From an uncultured Clostridium sp. (GTDB lineage: Bacteria > Bacillota > Clostridia > TANB77 > CAG-508): a DNA stretch of 64,000 bases. Where the stretch lies: the NCBI GenBank assembly GCA_947303785.1, contig CAMYZH010000002.1:10158-74157 (forward strand), read 5' to 3'. Both the position numbers and the translations under genes were made by a program. Numbering within the stretch: position 1 is the first letter of the stretch; each line of letters starts with the position of its first letter. Shown here piece after piece: positions 1-12,300 of this stretch. Below the pieces are notes generated by a model. That model worked only from the letters and a program-made list of their open reading frames with translations. It ran no database searches and was not told where the DNA came from.

Positions 1-3000
1 TCTTCGCCCATTGTTAAATCAAAGCCTTGTACATATAGATATAACTGAGTGTTTCCACCATACCATGTCATATATTGAAATGTAGTATCACCACATAAAT
101 ATCTATAATTGTTTGCCTCACCATTCATATACATTTGTGGACTATATCTTATTCCATTATATGCTCCTGTAATTGTAGCATTTTTATCATATGTAGTTGA
201 ACTTTCACTATTATATATTGAATTAGTTGTATAATTTTCCATTATTACTATAACATTTTTGCTTCTAGGATTTGTTTCTGTCAATAAGTCATATGCTCTA
301 CTAAGTGTTTCAACTGATGTTTGTGGCGTATCTCCAAGTCTTGTGTCCCTACCACTAGAATATGCAACATATACAACATTTCTATTTCCTACAATTATTG
401 AGTTTTGTGCAGATAACCTTGAATCTCTGCTATTTGTTGCTACTAATTTGTATTCTTCTCCATCTTCTACATGTTCTAATGTTAATGAATTTACTCCTTC
501 TATTTTTTCAGAATTAATTCCTGCCAAATCTATGTGATACCATTCAAAGGTATAATCATTTATATTAAATATACTAGATAATGTTCCTGTACCTGAAAGT
601 GTTCCATTTATTTTAAAGTTAGATGCATCTGTATAATCTACTTCTAGATCAAGTTTTATATATAATTTTGGTACAGCAAATTTTGCTACACCATAATATC
701 CAGAATTATCAGATATAATGATTTTAACTGGTAACATATCTGAAAAAGATTCATTCTCTATTCTTTGAGTCTCTGTAGTTCTTTGTGTATCTAATTCTCC
801 ATCTATATACCAATTATATGTATATGGCGTTTGTTGATAAGGATCTTCTACTGTTGCTGTATATGTTAAATCCCCATTATCCAAAATACCTGCAGTAATT
901 CTTCTTTTTAAAGAAAACTTATTATTAGTATATTCAAAATCAATATTTTCTCCTGAATTATAGTTATTGAAATTATTTAGCATTGTAGTTGTATTATTTA
1001 AATATCTACCTTTATTTACACCTTGCAAATATCCTCTATAATATGTTTTAAGAATAAGAAGCCCTGTAGTAAAATTACTTGCAACCTTTTTGGTTGAATT
1101 TCCACTTGTCACAGTATTTGAAGCAGAATTAAAACCTGTACCGCTTATTGAGCATCCTTGGAAATAGCTATTCATCGTTGTTCCATTTATATTGCCATTC
1201 CATAAAGTATCCACTGTGGCTTTTAAGTTATTATCATTATTTGTACTATAATTGCTAATTGCTCCAGTAATTTTGCTACCAAAAATTGGACCAACAAATC
1301 CATGTGCTGTTAAATCAACTTTTACCATACAATTAATAGGATAAACATCTTGAGAACGAATTCTTCCTATTATTCCTCCTGTACTTAATTGAATAACATT
1401 TTCTATAAAATCAATAGACCCTGCTGTAGTTGATGAAGCACCTACTAGAAGTAGATCAGCTCTGATTTTTTCAGTATTTGTTGTTAGGCTTACATAACAG
1501 TTTTCTATACTATATCTGTTTCCTGCTCCTGGGTCATTAATGCTTGTTTCAGTAGCCCTTGCTTCTCCAGTAATTCCTCCAACAGATACAACAAAATTAT
1601 AACTATCTAATGTAATATCATTTGTAGCTTCAACTTTTCCATTATTAACTATAACATTTTTGATTTTTGATTTTTGATACATAGTACCTGTAACAATGCC
1701 AATGTGAAATTCTGCACTACTAGTTGTGCCTGATAGGCTATTTGTCATTCTTATTGAAATATTATTAAACTCTGTATTTTTTATTTCTGCAATTCCACTA
1801 TTTCCTTGGATTGCTCCAAATATACCAGTATTATAAATAACACCATTTGAAAGACTTCCTGTATAACATGTTATTGTGCAATTTGAGATTGAATGACCTG
1901 CTCCATCAAATATTCCTTGAAATGTTGTTGTCGTTCTTCCATTATTTGTATTAACGCCAATTGGAGTCCATGCGCGATTATTTAAATCTATATCTCCAAC
2001 TAGTTGAAAATATTTTCCATCATATGTATTACCATTATTTACTTGTGATCTTAAATATGCAAGTTCTGAACCATCTAAAATTAGATATGGTTTTGATTGT
2101 GTTCCATCTCCTCCTGAAAAAGATGTTGCAACACTTCCATCCCAAGGAGCTCCGGTTGTAACAACAGCTTCAATTGTCTCTGTAACTGTTCCAGTAGTAG
2201 CCTGGGTTTGAACAAGGGCTAAAGTAGTTAATGAATATGTTTCAAACTCAACAAAGTCATCTCCTCTAATAATATCATATTCGGTAATATCTGATGAGCT
2301 GGAATCTCCATTTGCTAATTTTTCAATTTTTATACTTGATTTTTCATTTTTTAAAATACTATTATTCTCATCTCGAATTACTAATTTATCAATGTTTTTT
2401 GATTTTTCAACATTGCTTAATTTAGCAATACTAGAGTCTTCATTATTTAGATATCCTGTTTGACTACTATTTTTTACTTCTAGTATTTTGTAATCTTCCT
2501 GCTTGTTTTCTACCTTCAGTTTAACCTTTATTTTTTCATTATATTTTCTGGAATCATATTCTTTTCCATCTACTAATATTTTTAATGTAAATAATTGCTC
2601 AATTATTGTGTTTTCTTCTAATTCTGATGCAACATTTTCTATTACTTCATTTTTTACAGGTTCAATTTTTATTTCTGCTTTATTGGGCATATAGCCTTTA
2701 ACTTCAATATTACTATTATCATCTTTTAATTCTATAACTTGATTATATAGAACCAAATCATTTTTTATTTTTGAATCATACTGAACATTTAAATTTATTT
2801 TTCCTTCTTTTATTTCATCATCTGATATATTAATTGTTTGACCTGGCAATAGTTCAACTATTTTATCTTCTTTTTGTTCTTCTTTTGGTTCTTCTTTTTG
2901 TTCATCTATAACGTCTGATGGAAGTGTCTCATCTTTTCCAGGATCACTCGTTGTATTTTCTGGTGTTGGTGATGTAGTAGTATTTTCGCTTTCATCAGCC

Positions 3001-3635
3001 TCAATAGTTTTTACTTCATTTGTTATTTCTTCATTTTCATTATTTTGTCCACTTGGAAGAACTTCGTTTTTTGGTGTTGTTTCAATATCTGGTGATGTTT
3101 CAGCAGATGGCAAAGAAGATGGTGTCTGAGTTGAAGTTGGAGATTGAGAAGGTGTGGCAGAGGTTTCAACACTAGGTAATGTTACTTCATTTTGATTATT
3201 CTCTGTAGTATCCTTAAGAGTTATCTGATTATCAGTATTTTCTTGACTTTCATTAACTATGTTTTCTCCTATTGGCTCTAAATTTGAAAGTTTATTAATT
3301 ATTATTCCATTTTCTTTCATTGCTGTAGGTTTATCATTTTTAGAAGATAATGTCGCAACTTTTACTGTTTTACTACTTTCAACATAGTATTTTGTTACTA
3401 TCTTATTGTTTATAATTTCAGGTAAAACTATATAATATCCAGAACTGCCATACATTGCTTTCATAGTAACATTTTCTTTTTCTGAAGTATTTATATTATA
3501 TTCAGATACAGTTACTATAATATCTTTAGATGTCTGTCCCTTTGTTCGTCCCATTCTATAGGCTATGAACTCAATTAATACAATAAACAGTAATAATATA
3601 CATATTATAACTCTTTTTTTACTTTTACCCTTCAT
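1..3635 (-). CDS. Giant surface protein, N-terminal ~1211 codons (the gene runs off the left edge). It has an N-terminal membrane anchor or signal, a T/S/P/E-rich linker, and a GLUG-like parallel beta-helix repeat region.
   Basis: My own minus-strand translation from the ATG at 3635 (MKGKSKKRVIICILLLFIVLIEF...) stays open to position 1. It is absent from the ORF track because it has no stop in the window. It contains PWDGSVATSFSGGDGTQSKPYLILDGSELAYLRSQVNNG..YFQLVGDIDLNNRAWTPIG..FQGIFDGAGHSISN, followed by recurring G-x-x-G motifs (GIFGAIQG, IGIVTG, VGGITGEA, TGGIIGRI). These are typical of GLUG/beta-helix adhesin-like proteins. Confidence 0.75.
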   Translation of the reverse strand, partial: MKGKSKKRVIICILLLFIVLIEFIAYRMGRTKGQTSKDIIVTVSEYNINTSEKENVTMKAMYGSSGYYIVLPEIINNKIVTKYYVESSKTVKVATLSSKNDKPTAMKENGIIINKLSNLEPIGENIVNESQENTDNQITLKDTTENNQNEVTLPSVETSATPSQSPTSTQTPSSLPSAETSPDIETTPKNEVLPSGQNNENEEITNEVKTIEADESENTTTSPTPENTTSDPGKDETLPSDVIDEQKEEPKEEQKEDKIVELLPGQTINISDDEIKEGKINLNVQYDSKIKNDLVLYNQVIELKDDNSNIEVKGYMPNKAEIKIEPVKNEVIENVASELEENTIIEQLFTLKILVDGKEYDSRKYNEKIKVKLKVENKQEDYKILEVKNSSQTGYLNNEDSSIAKLSNVEKSKNIDKLVIRDENNSILKNEKSSIKIEKLANGDSSSSDITEYDIIRGDDFVEFETYSLTTLALVQTQATTGTVTETIEAVVTTGAPWDGSVATSFSGGDGTQSKPYLILDGSELAYLRSQVNNGNTYDGKYFQLVGDIDLNNRAWTPIGVNTNNGRTTTTFQGIFDGAGHSISNCTITCYTGSLSNGVIYNTGIFGAIQGNSGIAEIKNTEFNNISIRMTNSLSGTTSSAEFHIGIVTGTMYQKSKIKNVIVNNGKVEATNDITLDSYNFVVSVGGITGEARATETSINDPGAGNRYSIENCYVSLTTNTEKIRADLLLVGASSTTAGSIDFIENVIQLSTGGIIGRIRSQDVYPINCMVKVDLTAHGFVGPIFGSKITGAISNYSTNNDNNLKATVDTLWNGNINGTTMNSYFQGCSISGTGFNSASNTVTSGNSTKKVASNFTTGLLILKTYYRGYLQGVNKGRYLNNTTTMLNNFNNYNSGENIDFEYTNNKFSLKRRITAGILDNGDLTYTATVEDPYQQTPYTYNWYIDGELDTQRTTETQRIENESFSDMLPVKIIISDNSGYYGVAKFAVPKLYIKLDLEVDYTDASNFKINGTLSGTGTLSSIFNINDYTFEWYHIDLAGINSEKIEGVNSLTLEHVEDGEEYKLVATNSRDSRLSAQNSIIVGNRNVVYVAYSSGRDTRLGDTPQTSVETLSRAYDLLTETNPRSKNVIVIMENYTTNSIYNSESSTTYDKNATITGAYNGIRYSPQMYMNGEANNYRYLCGDTTFQYMTWYGGNTQLYLYVQGFDLTMGE

Positions 3636-3654
3636 TCTTTTGTTCTTTCTCCAT

Positions 3655-5196
3655 TTACATATTTCTCAAAATTTTTTTAAATTCGTATGTCTCTGAAACT
3701 TCTTGCAAATTTATTTGATTTTCCATGATGTAATAATATAACTCACATTTTGATAAATCTGATATTATACTATCTAAATTATCTACTGCAAGATCTTCTC
3801 TCGTAATATTAATATTAAATAAATTATATCTATCTTTTATCATTAGCATAATATCTTTATTCTCATTTATTTCAACATTATTTAAGATTATAAAATAAGG
3901 CCAATTCAAGTATTCTCGAAGTTTTACTATCATTTCATTTATCTCTTTTTCTTGTATGTCTTTATCTTCTCTTATTATGCATTTAAATAAATATTTATAA
4001 TTTTCACCTGCTATACTTATTACATCATATAATGTTGAATGTTCATTTAAATTACTTGAAATTTTATTACTTATCTCAGCTTCATCTAATTGGTTATATT
4101 TTTGTTTTAAATCGTCTATTAGTTTATTTTGAGTAGCTAAAGTATTTTCTTCTGATTTTTTAAATAAACCACCTTTACCGCTTCCAAGTTTAATTATTTT
4201 TTTCTCGAGTTTAGATATTTCTTTTCTTATTTTAGCATATTCTGATTTATAATTTGTTTTTGTATTATATATGTTTTTAACATCATCTATAATAAATTTA
4301 AATTCATTATATGTTTTAAATTCTCTAACTGTATTTAAAAACTTTATTAAATCAACTAAAATTTTTTCTAATTCTTCATCATCTATTTCGTCAAGATTTC
4401 TGGTTGTATATTTTTTTGCAATTCCTATAATTGAATTTCTATCATAATCCTTAAACTGTAAATTTCCATTAAGGAATTTTTTTATTATAAGAGCTTTATC
4501 TCTGTTATGTACTTCTATATTATTTTGTTTAAAATTTATGTAAGTTTCTCTTATTGTCTTTTCTGAAAATTTACTTAATAATTTATCTTTCTGATCTTTA
4601 TAATATTTAATAAATATTTTTTCATTTTTCAAATATATATATCTGATATTTAGTTCAATATATGTAATAATTTCAGGACACTTCCAATATATTTGTTCAA
4701 ATTTAGAATTTAATGATTCTTGTTTACCTTCTTTTATTATTTCTTTTATATATTCATTTACATATTTATTAAATACAAATTCGTCTGGAGTAATCTTTAC
4801 ACCAGCTTCTTCAAGTTTCTTTATACAAAACTTAATTGAATCATTTACTCTTTTTATATTTTTTCTGTAGTAATATGTAAGATTTAATATTTCTTTATCT
4901 ATATCCATCTTCTCAAAAGGTGAATCATGTTCATTTAAAAGATATAAATAGTTTTCTAAATTTGCAAGTTCATCATCTGATTTTTTAAGCTCTGGAGATT
5001 CTTGAATTCCATCATACTTTTTTGATCTTTTCTCAATCTCTTTTAAAAGATTTCTATCATATTCATTATATTTTTCAGACAATTCAACTATTTTATCTAA
5101 ATATATCTTTCTATTCTTTTTATTATTTTGTGGTAGAGTACTTAATATTTCTTTGTCAATACTTATTTCCTCAATTAGCTCTTCTAAACTATTCAT
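3655..5196 (-). CDS. Hypothetical K/E/N-rich, probably coiled-coil cytoplasmic protein (513 aa) with no signal peptide
   Basis: Long ORF in the track. Composition is highly charged and heptad-like (KISKLEKKIIKL, LIDDLKQKYNQLDEAE). I recognise no family motif. Confidence 0.55.
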   Translation of the reverse strand: MNSLEELIEEISIDKEILSTLPQNNKKNRKIYLDKIVELSEKYNEYDRNLLKEIEKRSKKYDGIQESPELKKSDDELANLENYLYLLNEHDSPFEKMDIDKEILNLTYYYRKNIKRVNDSIKFCIKKLEEAGVKITPDEFVFNKYVNEYIKEIIKEGKQESLNSKFEQIYWKCPEIITYIELNIRYIYLKNEKIFIKYYKDQKDKLLSKFSEKTIRETYINFKQNNIEVHNRDKALIIKKFLNGNLQFKDYDRNSIIGIAKKYTTRNLDEIDDEELEKILVDLIKFLNTVREFKTYNEFKFIIDDVKNIYNTKTNYKSEYAKIRKEISKLEKKIIKLGSGKGGLFKKSEENTLATQNKLIDDLKQKYNQLDEAEISNKISSNLNEHSTLYDVISIAGENYKYLFKCIIREDKDIQEKEINEMIVKLREYLNWPYFIILNNVEINENKDIMLMIKDRYNLFNINITREDLAVDNLDSIISDLSKCELYYYIMENQINLQEVSETYEFKKILRNM

Positions 5197-5320
5197 TTAC
5201 AACCTCAAACATTTTTTTATATTCTTTATCTAAAAACTTTTTCATATCACTATTTTTGTTATACATTATTTTTAAATCATTAGAGTTTACTTGTTTCAAG
5301 CTTTCTTTCAAAATGTCCAC
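5189..5320 (-). CDS. Possible 43-codon small ORF translationally coupled to the 513-aa gene
   Basis: Own translation: (GTG)DILKESLKQVNSNDLKIMYNKNSDMKKFLDKEYKKMFEVVNE. Its stop overlaps the ATG of the 513-aa ORF (ATGAATAG). AAAGGGG lies just upstream, and an in-frame TTG four codons in is better spaced. It is too short to be in the track. Confidence 0.3.
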   Translation of the reverse strand: MDILKESLKQVNSNDLKIMYNKNSDMKKFLDKEYKKMFEVVNE

Positions 5321-5388
5321 CCCTTTTATAAAATTTTATATTTAAAATTATATCATATAAGAATTTATTATTATACTATTTTTATTAA

Positions 5389-6279
5389 TTAATTGCTATT
5401 TTTTTTGCTGTAATAACTAACTAATAAAACCAGAATTATTATAGCAAATATTAATACTATATATAAGAAATTTTTAAAAATATTAGAATTTTTTGAATTT
5501 GTGTTTTCAATTTTCTCATCATTTTCTAGCATATCTTCTGGAATGTTGTTTTCTAAAGTATTATTTTCATCTATTTCTAATACTTTATTTTGATTTTTTT
5601 CTTTTTGATTTATTATTTTGTAATTTTCTCTTTTTCCTGTAACTAATAATCTATATGTGTTTAGCTTCGGAGGAGTACAGGTAACCAAAGTTACTAAATC
5701 TTTATCTTTTTCAATTCTTATCGACTGTGTATCATCAGGTTCTACAATTCTAATATTGTCAACAATGTATTCTAGTTCAATTCCTAAAACATTTATAGAA
5801 AATTTATCACCTATTTTTAATTGGTCTATTTTATCAAATATCTCATTATTTGCCAATCCTGTATGTCCTGCTAGAACAGCATGTGTTCCATTTCCTCCAA
5901 TTGGAATAGATGATGATTCAACATGACCTACTCCTTTTTGTAATACGTCTTTTGAAGTTCCTTCATATATAGGAAGATTAACATTTATTTTATCAATTGT
6001 AATATATCCTATAAGTTCTCCTGATTCAAAATTTGTCTTAGTATTACTTTTTTCTTCTTCTAGTGATACACTTATATGTTGGTCTTTTTCTATACTATTA
6101 TTATACTCTTTGGCTATTTCAATCTTGTTTTGTAATGATGTATCATTACTAATATTTTGTCTATATTTATTAATAATGTTTTTTTGTTTGTTACTATTTA
6201 AAATATTAAATAGTATTGGAGAAAAAACTATTAAAAAACCCACTAGTATTAGTATGATTGGTAACAATTTTTTTTTCAT
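5389..6279 (-). CDS. srtC: Class C (pilus-type) sortase
   Basis: N-terminal TM helix. Contains ITIDKINVNLPIYEGTSKDVLQKGVGHVESSSIPIGGNGTHAVLAGHTG and the catalytic TLVTCTP motif. A second C-terminal TM helix (LYIVLIFAIIILVLLVSYY) is characteristic of class C sortases. RBS GAAAGGGGAAAAAATG. Confidence 0.85.
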   Translation of the reverse strand: MKKKLLPIILILVGFLIVFSPILFNILNSNKQKNIINKYRQNISNDTSLQNKIEIAKEYNNSIEKDQHISVSLEEEKSNTKTNFESGELIGYITIDKINVNLPIYEGTSKDVLQKGVGHVESSSIPIGGNGTHAVLAGHTGLANNEIFDKIDQLKIGDKFSINVLGIELEYIVDNIRIVEPDDTQSIRIEKDKDLVTLVTCTPPKLNTYRLLVTGKRENYKIINQKEKNQNKVLEIDENNTLENNIPEDMLENDEKIENTNSKNSNIFKNFLYIVLIFAIIILVLLVSYYSKKNSN

Positions 6280-6317
6280 TTTTTCCCCTTTCTATATACA
6301 TCTCTACTATTGGACAT

Positions 6318-6344
6318 GAGAAGTACTAAAAAACAGTACTTCTC
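6318..6344 (-). other. Perfect 10-bp stem-loop in the 77-nt gap between the adhesin and sortase genes
   Basis: GAGAAGTACT-aaaaaac-AGTACTTCTC. On the coding (minus) strand no U-tract follows, so it looks more like an attenuator or mRNA-stability hairpin than a full terminator. Confidence 0.5.
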
Positions 6345-6356
6345 ACTTTTTGGATT

Positions 6357-9300
6357 TTATTTAAATCTTTTTTTCATAATTACACCAACTATTATAAATC
6401 CTATTCCTAATAGTATTACACTAATTGCCCCTTTTCCACCTGTTAGTGGTAATTCAATATTCTTTTTATTAGGAATCTTCAATGTATAATCTTGATTATT
6501 TTCATTTAGCTCTATATCTATAGAGTCATCTTGAGTTTTGTATCCTTCTGGTGCATTGGTTTCTTGCAATCTATATTTTCCATATTCTAGATTACTAAAT
6601 ATTATTATTCCTGTATCTGATGTTATACCTTTTAGAGCTTTAAAAGACTTATCTTCAACCCATTTACCATTTTCTTCTTTTAGTTTAATTAAAGTAAATT
6701 CTGCTCCTTTTAGTTTTTTACTTTCATCATTTTTATCTACTTTTGTTACTGAAATACTTCCAAATTTGTAATTTGTGATTATAAATGATATTTTATTAGG
6801 TTCTTCTGGATTAGGAATTTTCTTTTCTATTTTTGCATAAAATCCTGTAGGAATGTTTTCTTCTACTACTGAATATTCTATTATTTTTCCTTCTTGATCA
6901 TATTTGTCAAGTTTTCCTAAATCGTATGTCCATGAGTTAGTATAATCTAATAATATATTTTTTGATTCTTTTCCATATTTAAATTTAACACTTATTGGAG
7001 ATGGGTTAATATTTTTTCCTTTCCAAACTTTAGTTATTGTAATTGAGCAATTAAAGTCAATTTCTGTATTTGTATCGTCTTGGACTTCTTTGCTATAGCC
7101 ATTTTCTAATTCTAGCTTACCTTTAGCAATATTGGTTATTGTCTTATTGTTATCTTCTATGCTTATACCTTTATAGATAAATGATATTTCTTTTGATACT
7201 TTAATTTTATTATCTTCAAGATTTATTTTTTCTACTTCTCCATTTGACCATGTTATTGTATTTGTATTTTGATTATAATTTCCTACCCATGTAATAGTTT
7301 GATTTTCTTCACTATATTGTCCACCTTTTAAATCATGTTTTTGCTCAAGGTCTATTTTATAAGGAAGTTTATCTTCTAACCTAATAGTTACTTTATTTTT
7401 ATAATCTTTATTAATTGATACTTCATAATCAATTTTATAATTAATTGTATCTGTTAATGAATATATTTTATCTATTCCATTTTTCTCAATTTTCATATCT
7501 GAAACAATTAGACTATTTGTAATTTTATACCCATTTGTTGATTGAATGTATCTTTTTAGTTCTCCTGGATTATTTTCTTCTTCTGATAAAACATATTGTA
7601 TTTCTTCACCTTTTTCATTATATTTTGGAAGATCTTTAAATGTATATTCCCAATTATTTGTATTATTTTTGTCTTCATTTGCTTTTGTCAATTGATGTTC
7701 ATATCTTTTTCCATTTCCAGTTAATACTAATTTTATTTTGTCTAATCTTTGATTATTATTATCATTCCAGTTTTTTATAACCTTTATTTCTTTTGTATCT
7801 TTAGGAACTGTAAAAGTATTAGTAATTGTAGCCCTATAGTTATTATCTGTATTTACTACATTTCCTCCTGAAGATGTGTAAAAATACAAATCATTTTGAT
7901 TTACTTCTTCTTCTTTTATAGAATAATTAATTTGTCTTTTATTGCTATCATATTTATTTATATTTTCGAATACAGTTTTCCAATTTGAACTTTCACTTAC
8001 AACTTTTGAATCTACAACTGATGTTCCATTCATCAAATGTATAATTACACTCTTAGGTCTTTTTCCATTTGTATTATTATTATCATTCCACTTTTTAATA
8101 GCTTCTATATTTATTTTTTCATCATCTGTTAATTCATTTGTTATTGTATATTCATTTTCGCCTGTTTTTTCATATTTTTTACTGTAGAATTTCAAATCTC
8201 CTGAATTAACTTCTTCTTCATCTATTAGATATTTTATTTCATTTCCGTTTTGGTCATATTTAGTTAAATCATCAAATATATGTTCATTTTCATTTTCAGA
8301 AACTTTTAATATGTATTCTTCAATTGTTGTTTCTCTTTCATTTTCTACTTCTTTTAGAACAAGTTTTATACTATTTGGTCTTTTTCCTTTTTCATTATTA
8401 TTGTCATCCCATACTTTTGATACTGATACACTAGTTCTTATATTTGGAACTGCAAATGTGTTTGTAAAAATAGTTTTATTTGCTTGAACTTCTTTATTAG
8501 TCTGAACATAGAATAATAAATCATTTTCATTTACTTCTACTTCTTGCGCAGAATATTGAATTTCATTTCCAAGCTCATCATATTTTGGTAATTCAAATGA
8601 ATATGATGTTTCTGAATTAGTGTCTAATTCGTGTTGCGCTATGACTTCTTGATTATCTCCTTCATGAATAGTTATTCTTAATAAATCCGGCCTTCTTCCA
8701 TTTTCATTGTTGTTATCATCCCATATTTTTTCTACAGTATAAAAAGTTTTCTCTGTAGGTTTTTCATATGTGTTTGTAATAAATAGTTCATAAGAATTGT
8801 TGGCATCTTTAGTTACTTCAGATTTATATACTATTCCAAGATTTCCTTCTAAAGGAAGTTCTTCAACAGCATAATTTATCTTATTTCCATGGTCATCGTA
8901 CTTATCAATTCCTTCCCATTTATATGTCCAATTATCACCATTTTCATCACCAGTACTATTTTTTAATTCTACTTCTTTTGGTATATTTCTAGGAATTTCA
9001 TATTCTACTTCTTCTGCTTCTTCATTTAAAACTGTAGCTTTTAATCTTACTCTAACTGAATCTGGTCTAATACCTAAAGCATTATCATTATCTTCCCATA
9101 CTTTTGTAACTGAAATTATAGTCTTTTGTTCAAATGAATGTTCTACTTCATCAAATACTTCTTCTGATTCTGTATTTGTTGCAATCAATAAAGCACTAGC
9201 TTGTACAATATTTTTTATTGTTTTTTCTTCATCTGAAATATCTTTATATGTTAATACTACTTTTTTATTTATTGAAATATTTCCTGAATTGGCATCACTA

Positions 9301-12300
9301 TATGTATCAACATCTTTTACCAATTCTTTCCATGTAATTGTTTTAGTTGTATTATCATATTCTCCGCCATCTAATTCATAATTTTTTGTTGTATCAATTT
9401 CGTAAGGTAATGAATCTATTATTGTAATTGTACAATCACCACTGTATTTTTGAATTACTGCAGTATAAGAAATATTATATTGTATTTGATTGTCTTCTTC
9501 AGATGTGATTATTAATTCTTTATTTGTTGTTTTAGTAATATTGTTACTTATCTCTGGTGTAACTAAAGCATAATAATATGTTACTTCTTGAACTTGGTCT
9601 GTATAATTTCCTCTATAATTTTCTGGAACATATATATCATTTTCTTTACCTGTTAACTCATCTGGCAATTGATCTCCATATACATCTTGATTTGTTGCAA
9701 CTCTATAATTTTGAGCAATTTTCTCTTCTGCATTTTGTGTTACATATTCATCTCCAATTTTTGCTGTTTCATTACTATCTAGTGGATATATTTGATCTTC
9801 AACAAATTCTCCAGTATTAGATGGTACCTTATTTTCTGTTCCAACAATATAGTGATGAACTATTAAATTTGCTGCATCTTTTTTCTGATAATAATATTTT
9901 ACAAATGTGTCTTTAGTAATAGTTCCTGAAGTGTTTCCACTATCAGTTACTAATTCATATATTGTATAATCTACTCTATCTGATCTAGTAGTTTCATATT
10001 TAGATTCAGGTGTTTTTTCATCATCAATATACTTTTTATATCCATCTGTATAAAGTGTTTCTACTTCGTTTCCATCAATATCTGGTACTTTTTCATTTGT
10101 TCCATATATTAAGTGTTCTACCTGCAAAGAATATGTTTTTTCTTTATAATAGTACTTAATTGTTTGTGGCTCTTCTTTGTAAGTTCCTGAAGCATTTTGA
10201 GGAATATAATAATCATTTTGGAATTCTTCAAAACTATTATAATTTATATCAGCCAAACTGTTTATTTCTAAAATTTCACATATTTGTTGTTCTGTTTTAT
10301 CTCCATAATAATCTTTATTTGTTATTATCTCATAATCTTCTAAATCCATTATTGGGCTTGTAGAATACTGTGATCCTATTGCTCGTGTTTGTGTGTATCC
10401 ATCTGCTACTTCAGTTTCTGTAGTTCCATCTTCTTTTGTCCATAATAAATGTTTTACCATTATTTGTGAATAATCTGAAACTAATTCTACAACAATATGT
10501 TTATTACTATCTATATTTTCAAATGCTGGTATTGTTACTTTACCTTCATCATCTGGTATAAAGTTATATTTTTCTCCATTAATAGTAATTTTAGTAATTA
10601 CATATCTATCTTCTGGAACTATAACTATATTATTATTTGCATCTTCCTGATATTTTACAGTTTCAACATATTTTATGTGATTATTTGTAGGATAATTTGT
10701 TGTTTCAAATGTTCCATATTCTCCTGTGATTGTTCCTCCAATGTCATAATTGTAGTTATTTTGTGCATCAACAGAATATAATTGTGTTGTAATTTTATAT
10801 TTTTTAAATTCATTTACAAATTTAAGTTGTTGTTGTTTTGCAAATTCTGGTGAAATCAATATATCATTATATTTTGCAACAAATCCATCTGAATATCCTT
10901 TTCCTGTAATAGTTTTGTCTTGTGCACTTTCAATTGTAAAGTTTTCAGAACTTGTTGCTCCAGCTATAATAAGACCTCCATCTGTTGTGGTACAAACTGT
11001 CCTTCCTTCTTCATCATTACTTCCAGCTTGTTTATAAAATTTATCCACCATATATCCATTTGATGTTTTGTCTAATTTAATTATATAGCTATCACTATTG
11101 TTCAAAGATTTTGTAATTTCATTTTCTCCATTATTGTCTATATCAAATCCTTCACTATATGTCCAACCTCCGAGAATTAAATTATCTCCAGATTCTGTAA
11201 CTTGTCCAAGTCCTTCATCTAATGTTCCACCAAAAGTCATTGAATTAGATCGCTCAAAATCTCCATTTGTACTGTATTTGAATAAGAAATTATCCATATC
11301 TCCATTTGATGAAAAATCATTTGTTCCATTGTCATTTGCATCAATTTCTCCTACAAATTCACCATATGCTAATATTCCTCCATCATAATTGATTAATCCA
11401 GATATTTTATCATTACCTGTTCCACCAATTCTTAATTTTTTGTTATATGTACCATTTGAGTTATACCAAATAAGTACAATATCTTCTGTACCTGATTCAT
11501 AATTTGCTTGTGTTTGAACATCAGTTTTTTCTAAATTTATTGTTCCTATATAGTTTACTGCAACAACATAACCTGAAGGAACTTGTATTGAATCAACTGC
11601 TCTTACTATATTTGTTCCAGTAATTTTTTGATACCAATTTAAAGTATTTCCATTACTTGAATATGAAGCAACAAATCCATCTATTTTTCCAAGATTTGAA
11701 ATTGTTATATTGCTATTTCCATTTGGTAGCAATAATTGGCTACTACAATATCCACCAGTTATTATCAAATTACCATTACTATCTTCATTTATTGAATATA
11801 TATAATCGTCTAGCTCTCCACCTATAACTTTGCTCCACTCATATTCTCCACTTGAATCAAGTTTTATTATGATTCCATCTTGAACTCCATTAATATTGAT
11901 TGAAGAATCTATATTCATTCCATGACTTTGTGTATTTCCAATTAGAGCATATCCACCATCACTTGTTTGAATAATTTCTATTATATCTTCATCATCACTT
12001 CCGCCAATGTTTTTATACCACTCAATTGTACCATTTTGACTATATTTAATTACTAATCCATCTCTATAACCTTCAGATTGTATTTGAATTTCTTCATTAT
12101 CATTTATTATAGCTTGATCATAAAAACTTCCAGCTGCAATTACTCCACCATCAGTTGTTGGATATACAGAATTTATTGATTCCCATCCTTCTTTAGCAAT
12201 ACTACTTGTCCATTCTAATCCATATTCGCTTTCGGCAGGTTTTGAGGTTCCTATTCCAAAGAACTTTGTTCTATTTGCCTCATTGACATCGAATTCAAAT

